Source of the DNA: Candidatus Omnitrophota bacterium
Lineage (GTDB): Bacteria > Omnitrophota > Gorgyraeia > B26-G9
Length of the DNA stretch: 64,000 nucleotides
Direction of reading: 5' to 3'
Assembly: GCA_043805415.1 (NCBI GenBank)
Contig: JAZDHZ010000027.1
Location: 71,542-135,541, forward strand
Part shown: positions 56,879 through 64,000 of the stretch, piece by piece
How the letters are laid out: every line of letters starts with the position of its first letter
Position numbering within the stretch: the first letter of the stretch is position 1
Program-made: the position numbers and the translations under genes
The notes under the pieces: generated by a model
Seen by the model: the letters and a program-made list of their open reading frames with translations, nothing else
Told to the model about the DNA's origin: nothing
The model's database searches: none

Positions 56879-57912
56879 TATTGTTTTTCTCCTTGGGGAT
56901 TTTTTAAAAACTCAGCCGCTAACTCCGGAGGCGTTGGGTTAATATAAAAACCGCTGCCTAATTCAAAACCCGCGACCTTTGTCAGCCGCGGCATAATTTC
57001 AATATGCCAGTGATAATCATATTCAATGGTTTTCCAATATCCGGCTGAAGTCATTCTCCGAAAAGGCGCGGTATGAATAATATAATTATACGGCGGATCC
57101 GCTAAAGCAATGGAAAGTTTTCGCATTACTGATTTCATTATTCTCGCTAAACCCTCTGTATTTTTTAAATTATAAAAATCCGATGAATGTTCTTCCGGTA
57201 AAACCCATACTTCAAAAGGAAAACGCGAAGCATAAGGCGCAAAAGCAATAAACCCATCCCCGCGTTCGACAATCCGCGCTTGTTTTTCAATCTCATGCTG
57301 GATCATATCGCAGAAAATACAGCGCTCCCGATATTCATAATACCGCCGCGCTCCGGCAAGCTCTTCCTTAACTCTTTTCGGATTAACCGGCAAAGCAATT
57401 AACTGCGTACGCGAATGCTTTGTCGGACTGGCGCCGGCAACAATTCCGTAATTCTTGGAAATCAGCACATATTTGATCCGCGGATCTTTTTCCAAGGCTT
57501 GCATTCTTTGCGCGTATACCTTAAACACATCATTTATTTGCTCAACTCCAAGATCAGCAATATTGGCAATATGCTCCGGAGTTTCAAGAATCAATTCATG
57601 AGCGCCGATCGCGTTCATTACATCAAACATCCCTATTCCCCGCCTGCCCAGATCCCCTTGGGTTTGCATCAGCGGTTTAGGATTTGGGATAACCCGCACA
57701 TTCCAGCCAGACTGATTAGGTTTAGGATTCAGCTTCCGCACTGCGTAAATCTCATCAGGAGTTTCTGCCTCATGGCCCTGGCAAAATAAGCATTGTTTTT
57801 CCGTGTCTTGGTCAGGGTCTTTTTTAAGCACAAAATCATGCGGCCGTTTTCCCCGCTCCGTGGAAATAATAACCCATCTGCCGATAACCGGGTCTTTGCG
57901 TAACTGCGGCAT
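56878..57912 (-). CDS. GalT-like HIT-superfamily paralog with active-site variant H-S-R-T-Q
   Basis: Start at ATG 57912 (MPQLRKDPVIGRWVIIS), aligning with paralog 1. CLFCQGHE zinc motif. In the active site the HxHxQ motif reads KHSRTQ, so the second, nucleophilic His is replaced by Arg. Confidence 0.55.
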   Translation of the reverse strand: MPQLRKDPVIGRWVIISTERGKRPHDFVLKKDPDQDTEKQCLFCQGHEAETPDEIYAVRKLNPKPNQSGWNVRVIPNPKPLMQTQGDLGRRGIGMFDVMNAIGAHELILETPEHIANIADLGVEQINDVFKVYAQRMQALEKDPRIKYVLISKNYGIVAGASPTKHSRTQLIALPVNPKRVKEELAGARRYYEYRERCIFCDMIQHEIEKQARIVERGDGFIAFAPYASRFPFEVWVLPEEHSSDFYNLKNTEGLARIMKSVMRKLSIALADPPYNYIIHTAPFRRMTSAGYWKTIEYDYHWHIEIMPRLTKVAGFELGSGFYINPTPPELAAEFLKNPQGEKQ

Positions 57913-57920
57913 ATAAAACT

Positions 57921-58010
57921 CCGTATTGCGTATCGCGTATAGAGTATCGAGTTTTAAAACAATTGTATTTTTTGTTTTAGCGCAATACGCATTACTCAAT
58001 ACGCAATACT
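57921..58010. repeat. Small palindromic repeat element, copy B
   Basis: ccgtattgcgtatcgcgtatagagtatcgag ... cgcaatacgcattactcaatacgcaatact. These are roughly 28-bp imperfect terminal inverted repeats around an AT-rich core. It matches the element at 32987-33115 and lies between fmt and the GalT-like genes. Confidence 0.4.
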
Positions 58011-58014
58011 ATTT

Positions 58015-58956
58015 TTAACTTTCCAGGACATCTCCTGTTTTCAGATTATGGCCAATCACAAAATCATAAGCACTCATTGCTTTCTTACCCTCAAGCTGCA
58101 AATTTTCAATCAGCAATGATTGTTTACCGGTCTTAACCGCAATCCCCGCGTGTTTTTCAATTTTAAGAATAACCCCGGGAGTTTTATAGTCTGGGATCTG
58201 CGGATCAACATCCAATATCTTGGTTTTCAGGATTTTTAATAATTTACCCTGATAATGGGTAAAGGCGCAAGGCCAAGGCAATAATCCTCTGACTTTATTA
58301 TGAATACTCACCGCGTTATCCTGCCAATTTATCAAGCCATGCTCTTTTTTTAATTTTCCTGCCACAGTTACTTTCGCGGGATCCTGGGGCACAAATTTCA
58401 CTTGGTTTTTTTCTATTTGTTCAATTGACTCAAGCAAAGCCTTTGCCCCAAGCACAGCCAGTTTTGGTAAAAGCTCCACCGCATCCGCGTCGTTAATTTC
58501 TATAGTTTGGGATAAAAGCATATCTCCGCCATCCATCCGCTCATTCATTTTAATTATCGTAACACCGCTAAGCTTATCGCCATTTATAATCGCGTAATTT
58601 ATCGGCGCCGCGCCTCTCCATTTGGGCAGAAGCGAGGAATGCACATTCAGACAAAACTGTTTGGGAATATCCAGAACTTGTTTGCTTAATTTCTGGCCAA
58701 AACTCACAACCACAAACAAATCCGGATTAAAACTTTTTAGCTGTTCAATCGTCGCTGGATCGCTGACTGCTTCCGGCTGAAAAACCGGTAAATTATGCTC
58801 CTGGGCAAAGATTTTTACCGGAGTTTTACTCAGCATTAAATTTCGGCCTTTTTTCCGATCCGGCTGAGTGTAGACTGCAACCACTTCCTGGTTTTTAATC
58901 AGCGCGTTTAAACTTGCCAAGGAAAAATCCGATGATCCAAAAAACACAATTTTCAT
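58015..58956 (-). CDS. fmt: Methionyl-tRNA formyltransferase
   Basis: 313 aa. N-terminal formyltransferase motifs (KIVFFGSSDFS...VYTQPDRKKGR) and the SLLP/HxSLLPKWRG active-site segment. Confidence 0.85.
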   Translation of the reverse strand: MKIVFFGSSDFSLASLNALIKNQEVVAVYTQPDRKKGRNLMLSKTPVKIFAQEHNLPVFQPEAVSDPATIEQLKSFNPDLFVVVSFGQKLSKQVLDIPKQFCLNVHSSLLPKWRGAAPINYAIINGDKLSGVTIIKMNERMDGGDMLLSQTIEINDADAVELLPKLAVLGAKALLESIEQIEKNQVKFVPQDPAKVTVAGKLKKEHGLINWQDNAVSIHNKVRGLLPWPCAFTHYQGKLLKILKTKILDVDPQIPDYKTPGVILKIEKHAGIAVKTGKQSLLIENLQLEGKKAMSAYDFVIGHNLKTGDVLES

Positions 58957-58999
58957 AAAATTTCTCTTTCACCTTTAAACAGAATATAATTATAGTTGT

Positions 59000-59028
59000 T
59001 TGACAATCCTGTTTATTTTCTTTACAAT
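59000..59028 (+). promoter_or_regulatory. Sigma-70-type promoter for the TPR gene (near-leaderless)
   Basis: TTGACA (59000-59005), a 17-nt spacer, then TACAAT (59023-59028). The ATG at 59036 is 8 nt downstream. Confidence 0.4.
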
Positions 59029-59035
59029 ACACACT

Positions 59036-59644
59036 ATGGAAAACAATAACAACCTTCAGAACAATGAATTCTTTCAAAAAGCCATAGCTTTATACCGGAA
59101 AAAAAACTACGACTATGCCATTGAACTTTTCAGCCAAATCCTAAAAGATAATCCTGATTTTGAAGATTGCCAGCGTTATTTATGGGACGCTATTCGTCAA
59201 AGAAATGCTGCTCTTAAAAAATCCTTCTTTGCTGTAATTGTCCAAAAAATAAATATATTTTTACTCTTAATTAAATTTTTCGTTCTGGATATGAACCAAA
59301 ATAATTCCCAGGCACTCGCGCTTATTCATAAGATCATCCTGATTGATCCCAACAATATCTTCGCTTTGTTTAAGCTAGCATCTTTTCAGCTTAAAACCAA
59401 CCAAAGTGCTTTGGCCACAGCCGCCTTAGAACAAGTGCTGGCAATTGATAAAAATAATCTTCCGGCTTTAAAAATACTCGCTGATACCTATTATACGAAA
59501 AAATCATATGAAAAAGCAAAACTTATGGCAACAAAAATTCTTGAGTTATCTCCCCGCTATTTACCGGCAGAAAATATTTTAAATGATATTTCTGCCTTAG
59601 GTACGATTGCCAAAGGATTTGATGAAATAAAACCAGCAACCTAA
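59036..59644 (+). CDS. TPR-repeat protein
   Basis: About 200 aa with at least four TPR units (for example YDYAIELFSQILKDNPDFEDCQ; ALAALEQVLAIDKNNLPALKILADTYY). Start taken at ATG 59036 downstream of the promoter. The tool ORF begins at TTG 59000, inside the -35. Confidence 0.55.
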   Translation: MENNNNLQNNEFFQKAIALYRKKNYDYAIELFSQILKDNPDFEDCQRYLWDAIRQRNAALKKSFFAVIVQKINIFLLLIKFFVLDMNQNNSQALALIHKIILIDPNNIFALFKLASFQLKTNQSALATAALEQVLAIDKNNLPALKILADTYYTKKSYEKAKLMATKILELSPRYLPAENILNDISALGTIAKGFDEIKPAT

Positions 59645-59799
59645 GCTTTCAGCTTAGAATTCTAAATTTAAAAATCCAAAATCCAAACAAATAATTAAAT
59701 ATTTACAATTTACCATTTGGCATTTCATTGGTCTTATTCATTATTTTATATTTGTCATTTGGATTTTGACATTTGTCATTGGTAATTAATGCTTCCCAA

Positions 59800-61833
59800 T
59801 TATACTACCATCCGCGGATCAACATCAATCGCGATTTTTATTTTTGCCGATAACTTGCTGGTTTTTAATACTTGCCGAATTAAGCCATTTGTGCTTAAAA
59901 CATCAGAAGTATTCAGCAGCATTCCCCAGCGAAAATAGCCTTTTAATTTGGCAATCGGCATAGGCAGCGGTCCGATAATGCTTATGTTCCTATCTTTAGT
60001 TTTTATTTTTAGCTGTTGACCGAAACTTTCCGCGGCTAAAATCAATGCTTTTTCTTCTTTTGACCGCAATACCAGACTAATTAAATGCGAAAAAGGCGGA
60101 AGATTTAATTGTTTTCTAAATTCTATCTCTTTAGCATAAAAACCGTGATAATCATGCTCAATCGCGCACTGGATGGCATAATGCTCCGGAGTATAAGTCT
60201 GCACAATAACCTTGCCCGCGGTTTCCCCCCTGCCGGCACGTCCGGCCACTTGGGTTAAAAGCGAAAACGTTCTTTCGGATGCCCGAAAATCCGGCAAATT
60301 CAAACTAATGTCCGCGGAAATAACTCCCACCAGCGTAACATTAGGAAAATCCAAGCCTTTAGCCAGCATTTGCGTGCCCACCAGGATATCGATTTTCCGG
60401 GTTTTAAAATCATCAAGGATTTCAAAATGCGCGGTTTTCTTGCGCATTGAATCAGAATCCATGCGCTCAATCCTGGCCTGAGGGAAAACCCGGCGCAATT
60501 CGCTCTCAACTTTTTGCGTTCCAGTTCCCGCGTAATTAATATAATTTCCATTACATTCAGGACAAATCTGTACAGCTTGCTGAGTATAATTGCAATAATG
60601 GCAAACCAGATTTTTATGATCCGCATGATAAACTAAAGCTAAGTTGCATTTAGGGCATCGCAGCACATAGCCGCATTTAGCGCAATTAACAAAAGTAGAA
60701 AACCCGCGGCGATTAAGAAAAATAATTATTTGCTCGCGGTTTTTTAAACAGCGACCGATATTATCCTCCAGCACTTTAGATAATATCGGCAAACGCTTGG
60801 TGCGGATTGACTGATCGCGCATATCCACCACCTGCACTGCTGGCAATTCGCTGCCTTTGATTCTTTCCGGCAATTCAATTAATTCATACTCTTTGGTTTT
60901 AGCCGCGTAGTTTGATTCTAAACAAGGCGTCGCGCTGCCTAAAATTACCGCGGCTTTGGCGATTTGCGCCCGTTTTATCGCGGTATTGACCAAATGATAG
61001 CGCGGAGTATCTTCTTGCTTATAAGTATTTTCATGTTCTTCATCAATAATAATTAAGCCCAGATTTTTCAGCGGACTGAATATTGCCGAGCGCGGACCAA
61101 TCACAATTTTTGCCTGGCCGGTTTTAATTCTCTGCCATTGAATGAATTTTTCCCCAGCGCTTAATCGGCTGTGGACTAAAGCGACTTTTTCTTGGCTGAA
61201 TTTTTCCGTAAACCGCTGCACTGTCTGCGGAGTAAGCGCGATTTCCGGAATAAACACCAGCACATCTTTCCCCTGATTTAAAGCCGCTTGGATTGCTCCA
61301 AAATAAACTTCGGTTTTGCCGCTGGCCGTAATCCCATGCAGCAGAAAAACCGCGAAATCCGTTTTTTGCAAATGCTGTTTTATCCGCGATAAAGCTTTAT
61401 TTTGATCGCTGCTCAGAATATGGTTTGAAGCTTTTTGACTAAAATCAATGCCTGGCATTGGCTGGCTTATTTTTCTCGGCTTGATTGAAGTTTTGCCTTT
61501 TTTAAACGGCATAGCAATTGCCGCGTCTATGGCCTCACCCCAGGAACATAAATAATAATCAGCCATCCAGCGGGTAAGCTCGAGAATTTCTTTAGATAAA
61601 ATCGGTTCTTGATCAATAACTGATTTAATATCCTTGGTTCTGGGAATTTCCGTCGCGTTACTCGTACCGACAATAAACCCGACAATTGTCCTGTTTCTAA
61701 ACGGAATCCAGACCCGCTTACCGACTTGGACTGAATCCTGCAAAGCTAGGGGTACAGAATAATCAAAAATATCATTAAGCGGTAAATTAATCGCGACTTG
61801 GATAAATTTATTTTCAGACATATTATTAAGCAT
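59800..61833 (-). CDS. priA: Primosomal protein N' (replication restart helicase PriA)
   Basis: 677 aa. Helicase motifs (LLHGITASGKTEV; IIDEEHE). The PriA-specific Cys-rich zinc-binding insert (CAKCGYVLRCPKCNLALVYHADHKNLVCHYCNYTQQAVQICPECNG). Confidence 0.85.
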   Translation of the reverse strand: MLNNMSENKFIQVAINLPLNDIFDYSVPLALQDSVQVGKRVWIPFRNRTIVGFIVGTSNATEIPRTKDIKSVIDQEPILSKEILELTRWMADYYLCSWGEAIDAAIAMPFKKGKTSIKPRKISQPMPGIDFSQKASNHILSSDQNKALSRIKQHLQKTDFAVFLLHGITASGKTEVYFGAIQAALNQGKDVLVFIPEIALTPQTVQRFTEKFSQEKVALVHSRLSAGEKFIQWQRIKTGQAKIVIGPRSAIFSPLKNLGLIIIDEEHENTYKQEDTPRYHLVNTAIKRAQIAKAAVILGSATPCLESNYAAKTKEYELIELPERIKGSELPAVQVVDMRDQSIRTKRLPILSKVLEDNIGRCLKNREQIIIFLNRRGFSTFVNCAKCGYVLRCPKCNLALVYHADHKNLVCHYCNYTQQAVQICPECNGNYINYAGTGTQKVESELRRVFPQARIERMDSDSMRKKTAHFEILDDFKTRKIDILVGTQMLAKGLDFPNVTLVGVISADISLNLPDFRASERTFSLLTQVAGRAGRGETAGKVIVQTYTPEHYAIQCAIEHDYHGFYAKEIEFRKQLNLPPFSHLISLVLRSKEEKALILAAESFGQQLKIKTKDRNISIIGPLPMPIAKLKGYFRWGMLLNTSDVLSTNGLIRQVLKTSKLSAKIKIAIDVDPRMVV

Positions 61834-61864
61834 TTCTAAGTTATGGAAATATTAAAATAACAGC

Positions 61865-62359
61865 TTATCCAGCAAATAATCCCTGGATCCCGACTGTAAG
61901 TATGGTAACAATGCAGGCGGCAATAAAAACTCCCAAGCCGATAGCAAAAAAAGACGCTCTTTTATTTAAACCAAATAAAAACGCGGCAATTGCTCCGGTC
62001 CAGGCGCCAGTCATGGGCAACGGGATTGCCACTAGAATAACCAGACCTAAAAGCTCGTATTGCTCAACAACTTTTGATCTTTTTTTTGTTCTTTCAAATA
62101 TCCAATTAAAAAAAATATCGCAGATTTTAATTTTTCGCAATTGTTTTGAAATCGGATCAAGTAAATATAAAAGCGGTAATACCGGAAGCATATTGCCCAG
62201 CAAGGAAAATATAAACACAGTTTTAACTGCCATACCCATTTTCACAATCCCATAAGGAATCGCTAATCGCAGTTCAACCACCGGCATGGCCGCGATGATG
62301 GTAATAATCCACTTTGGAGAAAGCCCGTTTAAAAAACTAACGATCTGATCCGTAATCAT
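61865..62359 (-). CDS. Small polytopic membrane protein (putative small multidrug export-like family)
   Basis: 164 aa with four predicted TM helices and a VVELRLAIPYG motif. This is reminiscent of the Sm_multidrug_ex (PF06695-like) family. Tentative. Confidence 0.35.
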   Translation of the reverse strand: MITDQIVSFLNGLSPKWIITIIAAMPVVELRLAIPYGIVKMGMAVKTVFIFSLLGNMLPVLPLLYLLDPISKQLRKIKICDIFFNWIFERTKKRSKVVEQYELLGLVILVAIPLPMTGAWTGAIAAFLFGLNKRASFFAIGLGVFIAACIVTILTVGIQGLFAG

Positions 62360-63008
62360 AATCCGGCCATCCTTTTTCGCCTACCAGCGGAACAAAAACA
62401 CATCCGCATTTTTCGGTTTCAATAATTTTATCTGCTTTTTTCTCAATCAGTTTAATTGTCTGAAAAGACCTTCCGCCCACAGGAATTACTAATTTGCCGT
62501 TAGCTTTTAATTGTTCGATTAAAGGCATTGGCACTTGCGGCGCTCCGGCGGTAACAATAATCGCGTCATAAGGCTGAAACTCGGCTAAGCCTAATGTCCC
62601 GTCACCAACCCGCGTACGCACATTTTTAATCCCCAAAGTTTCAAAGCGCTTTTTAGCTTCTTCAGCTAAGCGCTCAATCCGCTCAATTGTATATACTTGT
62701 TTAGCCAAAGCAGCCAAAATTGCGGTTTGATAGCCGCTGCCTGTGCCTAGTTCTAATACTGTTTCATCACCCTTTAGTTTCAGCATCTCAGTCATAAACG
62801 CGACCATATAAGGCTGGGATATGGTCTGACCAGAGCCTATGGGCAAAGGCCCATCAGTATAAGCGGCATTAATCAATTCCAGGCTGACAAATAAATGACG
62901 CGGCAGATTTAAAAATACACTTAGAACGCGATCATCTTTTATTCCGCGGGCCACAAGCTGCGTTTGGACCATCTGTTTTCTTTGGTCAATATAGTTCACT
63001 GGTTCCAT
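62337..63008 (-). CDS. pcm: Protein-L-isoaspartate O-methyltransferase
   Basis: 223 aa with TISQPYMVAFMTEMLKLKGDETVLELGTGSGYQTAILAALA (PIMT signature and SAM motif I). Confidence 0.85.
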   Translation of the reverse strand: MEPVNYIDQRKQMVQTQLVARGIKDDRVLSVFLNLPRHLFVSLELINAAYTDGPLPIGSGQTISQPYMVAFMTEMLKLKGDETVLELGTGSGYQTAILAALAKQVYTIERIERLAEEAKKRFETLGIKNVRTRVGDGTLGLAEFQPYDAIIVTAGAPQVPMPLIEQLKANGKLVIPVGGRSFQTIKLIEKKADKIIETEKCGCVFVPLVGEKGWPDYDYGSDR

Positions 63009-63673
63009 TTGCTGAAAATGCTTTTTCTAATTAAATTGCAAAATCTAATAGTATCCGAAAAAGGATTTATCAGGCTTTTATGATTATTATATATGCTTTT
63101 TACTGGAATAAATTCTATCTTCGCTTTATTTTTTGCCGCTTGCATAAGAATCTCAGATTCGGTATCGTATTTTATTGTAGTAAGATTAAGTTTTTTAAGC
63201 ACTGAGCTGCGGATCAGCCTGAAGCCGCATTGACTATCCGGAATTTTTGTTTTCACAATAAAGGAAACCAGCATTGAAGTAAATTTATTTGTTAATTTCC
63301 TGAGCAGCGGCATGCCTTGGGGATTCTCCATCCGATTGCCGATTATTATCCCCGCGTCAGAATTCATCGCATAATCGATAAAGCTATTTATCTCTTGGGG
63401 TAAATGCTGACCATCAGAATCCATAATTATTACCGCGTCATAATTATGATCTTGGATAAATTTAAAGCCAGTGCGCAGAGCCTGACCCTTACCTTGATTC
63501 TGCGGATGACTGATCACCATGACTTGCGCCTGTTTAGCAATATTAACTGTATTATCAGTCGATCCATCATCAACGACAATAACATCTAAGTCATAGGCTT
63601 TAATTTGGTTTAGGATCTTGCCTATTTCTTTTTCTTCATTATATGCCGGAAGTAAAACACAAACTTTTATCAT
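62996..63673 (-). CDS. Family 2 glycosyltransferase (Dpm1/polyprenyl-phosphate sugar transferase-like)
   Basis: Start at ATG 63673 (MIKVCVLLPAYNEEKEI). DxD region (VIVVDDGSTDNT). GT-A fold motifs. Confidence 0.7.
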   Translation of the reverse strand: MIKVCVLLPAYNEEKEIGKILNQIKAYDLDVIVVDDGSTDNTVNIAKQAQVMVISHPQNQGKGQALRTGFKFIQDHNYDAVIIMDSDGQHLPQEINSFIDYAMNSDAGIIIGNRMENPQGMPLLRKLTNKFTSMLVSFIVKTKIPDSQCGFRLIRSSVLKKLNLTTIKYDTESEILMQAAKNKAKIEFIPVKSIYNNHKSLINPFSDTIRFCNLIRKSIFSKWNQ

Positions 63674-63695
63674 TAATCGATTAACTGCTCTGGTT

Positions 63696-64000
63696 TTAAC
63701 TTTTATACAATTTCTGTGCGACTTTGCTTGCTTTCCAAAACTCATGAAAGATAAACCACTGCTTTGGGTATTTTTTGATTGTTTTTTCAATAACTTTAAT
63801 ATATTGTTCGGTTATTCTTCTAATATCCGCTTGTTCATCACCTGTTGACTCGGGATAAATCGGCTGTTCAAAAACATAGTGAAAATAACAATCATCAACT
63901 TCATCCCGGATAACAAAAGCCGGAACAATCGCTGCTTTGGTGCGCAAGCTCAAAACCGCTGGTCCTTTTGGGGCAAGCATTGTTTTGGAGAAAAAATCAA
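63696..64000 (-). CDS. Lipid A biosynthesis (LpxL/HtrB-type) lauroyl/myristoyl acyltransferase, C-terminal part (gene continues beyond right window edge)
   Basis: The reading frame is open to position 64000. The C-terminal sequence ...VPAFVIRDEVDDCYFHYVFEQPI...KYPKQWFIFHEFWK resembles LpxL/LpxM C-termini. Confidence 0.5.
   Translation of the reverse strand, partial: DFFSKTMLAPKGPAVLSLRTKAAIVPAFVIRDEVDDCYFHYVFEQPIYPESTGDEQADIRRITEQYIKVIEKTIKKYPKQWFIFHEFWKASKVAQKLYKS

Overview
This 64 kb window comes from a low-GC bacterial chromosome, probably an uncultivated lineage. It is densely packed with genes, most on the minus strand. Clear housekeeping calls are recN, katG plus a Fur/PerR-like regulator, tRNA-Gln, gltX, dxs, xseB, xseA, prfB (with its conserved +1 programmed frameshift), tRNA-Leu, dinB, lexA, an ECF sigma/anti-sigma pair, pgi, gap, fmt, priA, pcm, a GT2 glycosyltransferase and an LpxL-like acyltransferase. 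Three regions look non-routine.

1. An ~16 kb, 11-gene minus-strand operon (37616-53654). It holds two paralogous secretins of 605 aa each. Each secretin is translationally coupled to a signal-peptide coiled-coil protein ending in PilF/PilW-like TPR repeats. The operon also encodes an ExeA/GspA-like AAA ATPase with a bitopic partner, a stand-alone HD-GYP phosphodiesterase, two giant coiled-coil proteins and a Wza-like polysaccharide-export protein with a triplicated TPR-like N-terminus. There is no pilin, PilB/GspE ATPase or platform gene. This looks like an undescribed envelope-spanning export apparatus.

2. A 4.8 kb insert immediately downstream of an intact recN, closed at its far end by a degenerate remnant made only of the recN promoter/start fused to the recN 3' end. 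The insert carries a secreted 886-aa HAD-phosphatase/class-I-methyltransferase fusion and a secreted 379-aa orphan protein. It is followed by a gene-decay zone: an ABC-2 permease with an in-frame TAG, an ABC ATPase frameshifted at an A7 run, and RhuM and AbiEii fragments.

3. A minus-strand operon (2216-7633) of a radical SAM enzyme, a B12-binding radical SAM enzyme, an AsmA-like/DUF748 protein and a DUF2062 membrane protein, next to a DUF3999/DUF2339 pair. This is a candidate envelope-lipid modification and transport module.

I also see a strong candidate LexA operator (CCACACA-N2-TGTGTGG between the -35 and -10 of lexA), a small palindromic repeat element present in two copies, and tandem GalT-like paralogs, one of which lacks the nucleophilic histidine. 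No CRISPR array, integrase, transposase or rRNA was seen.
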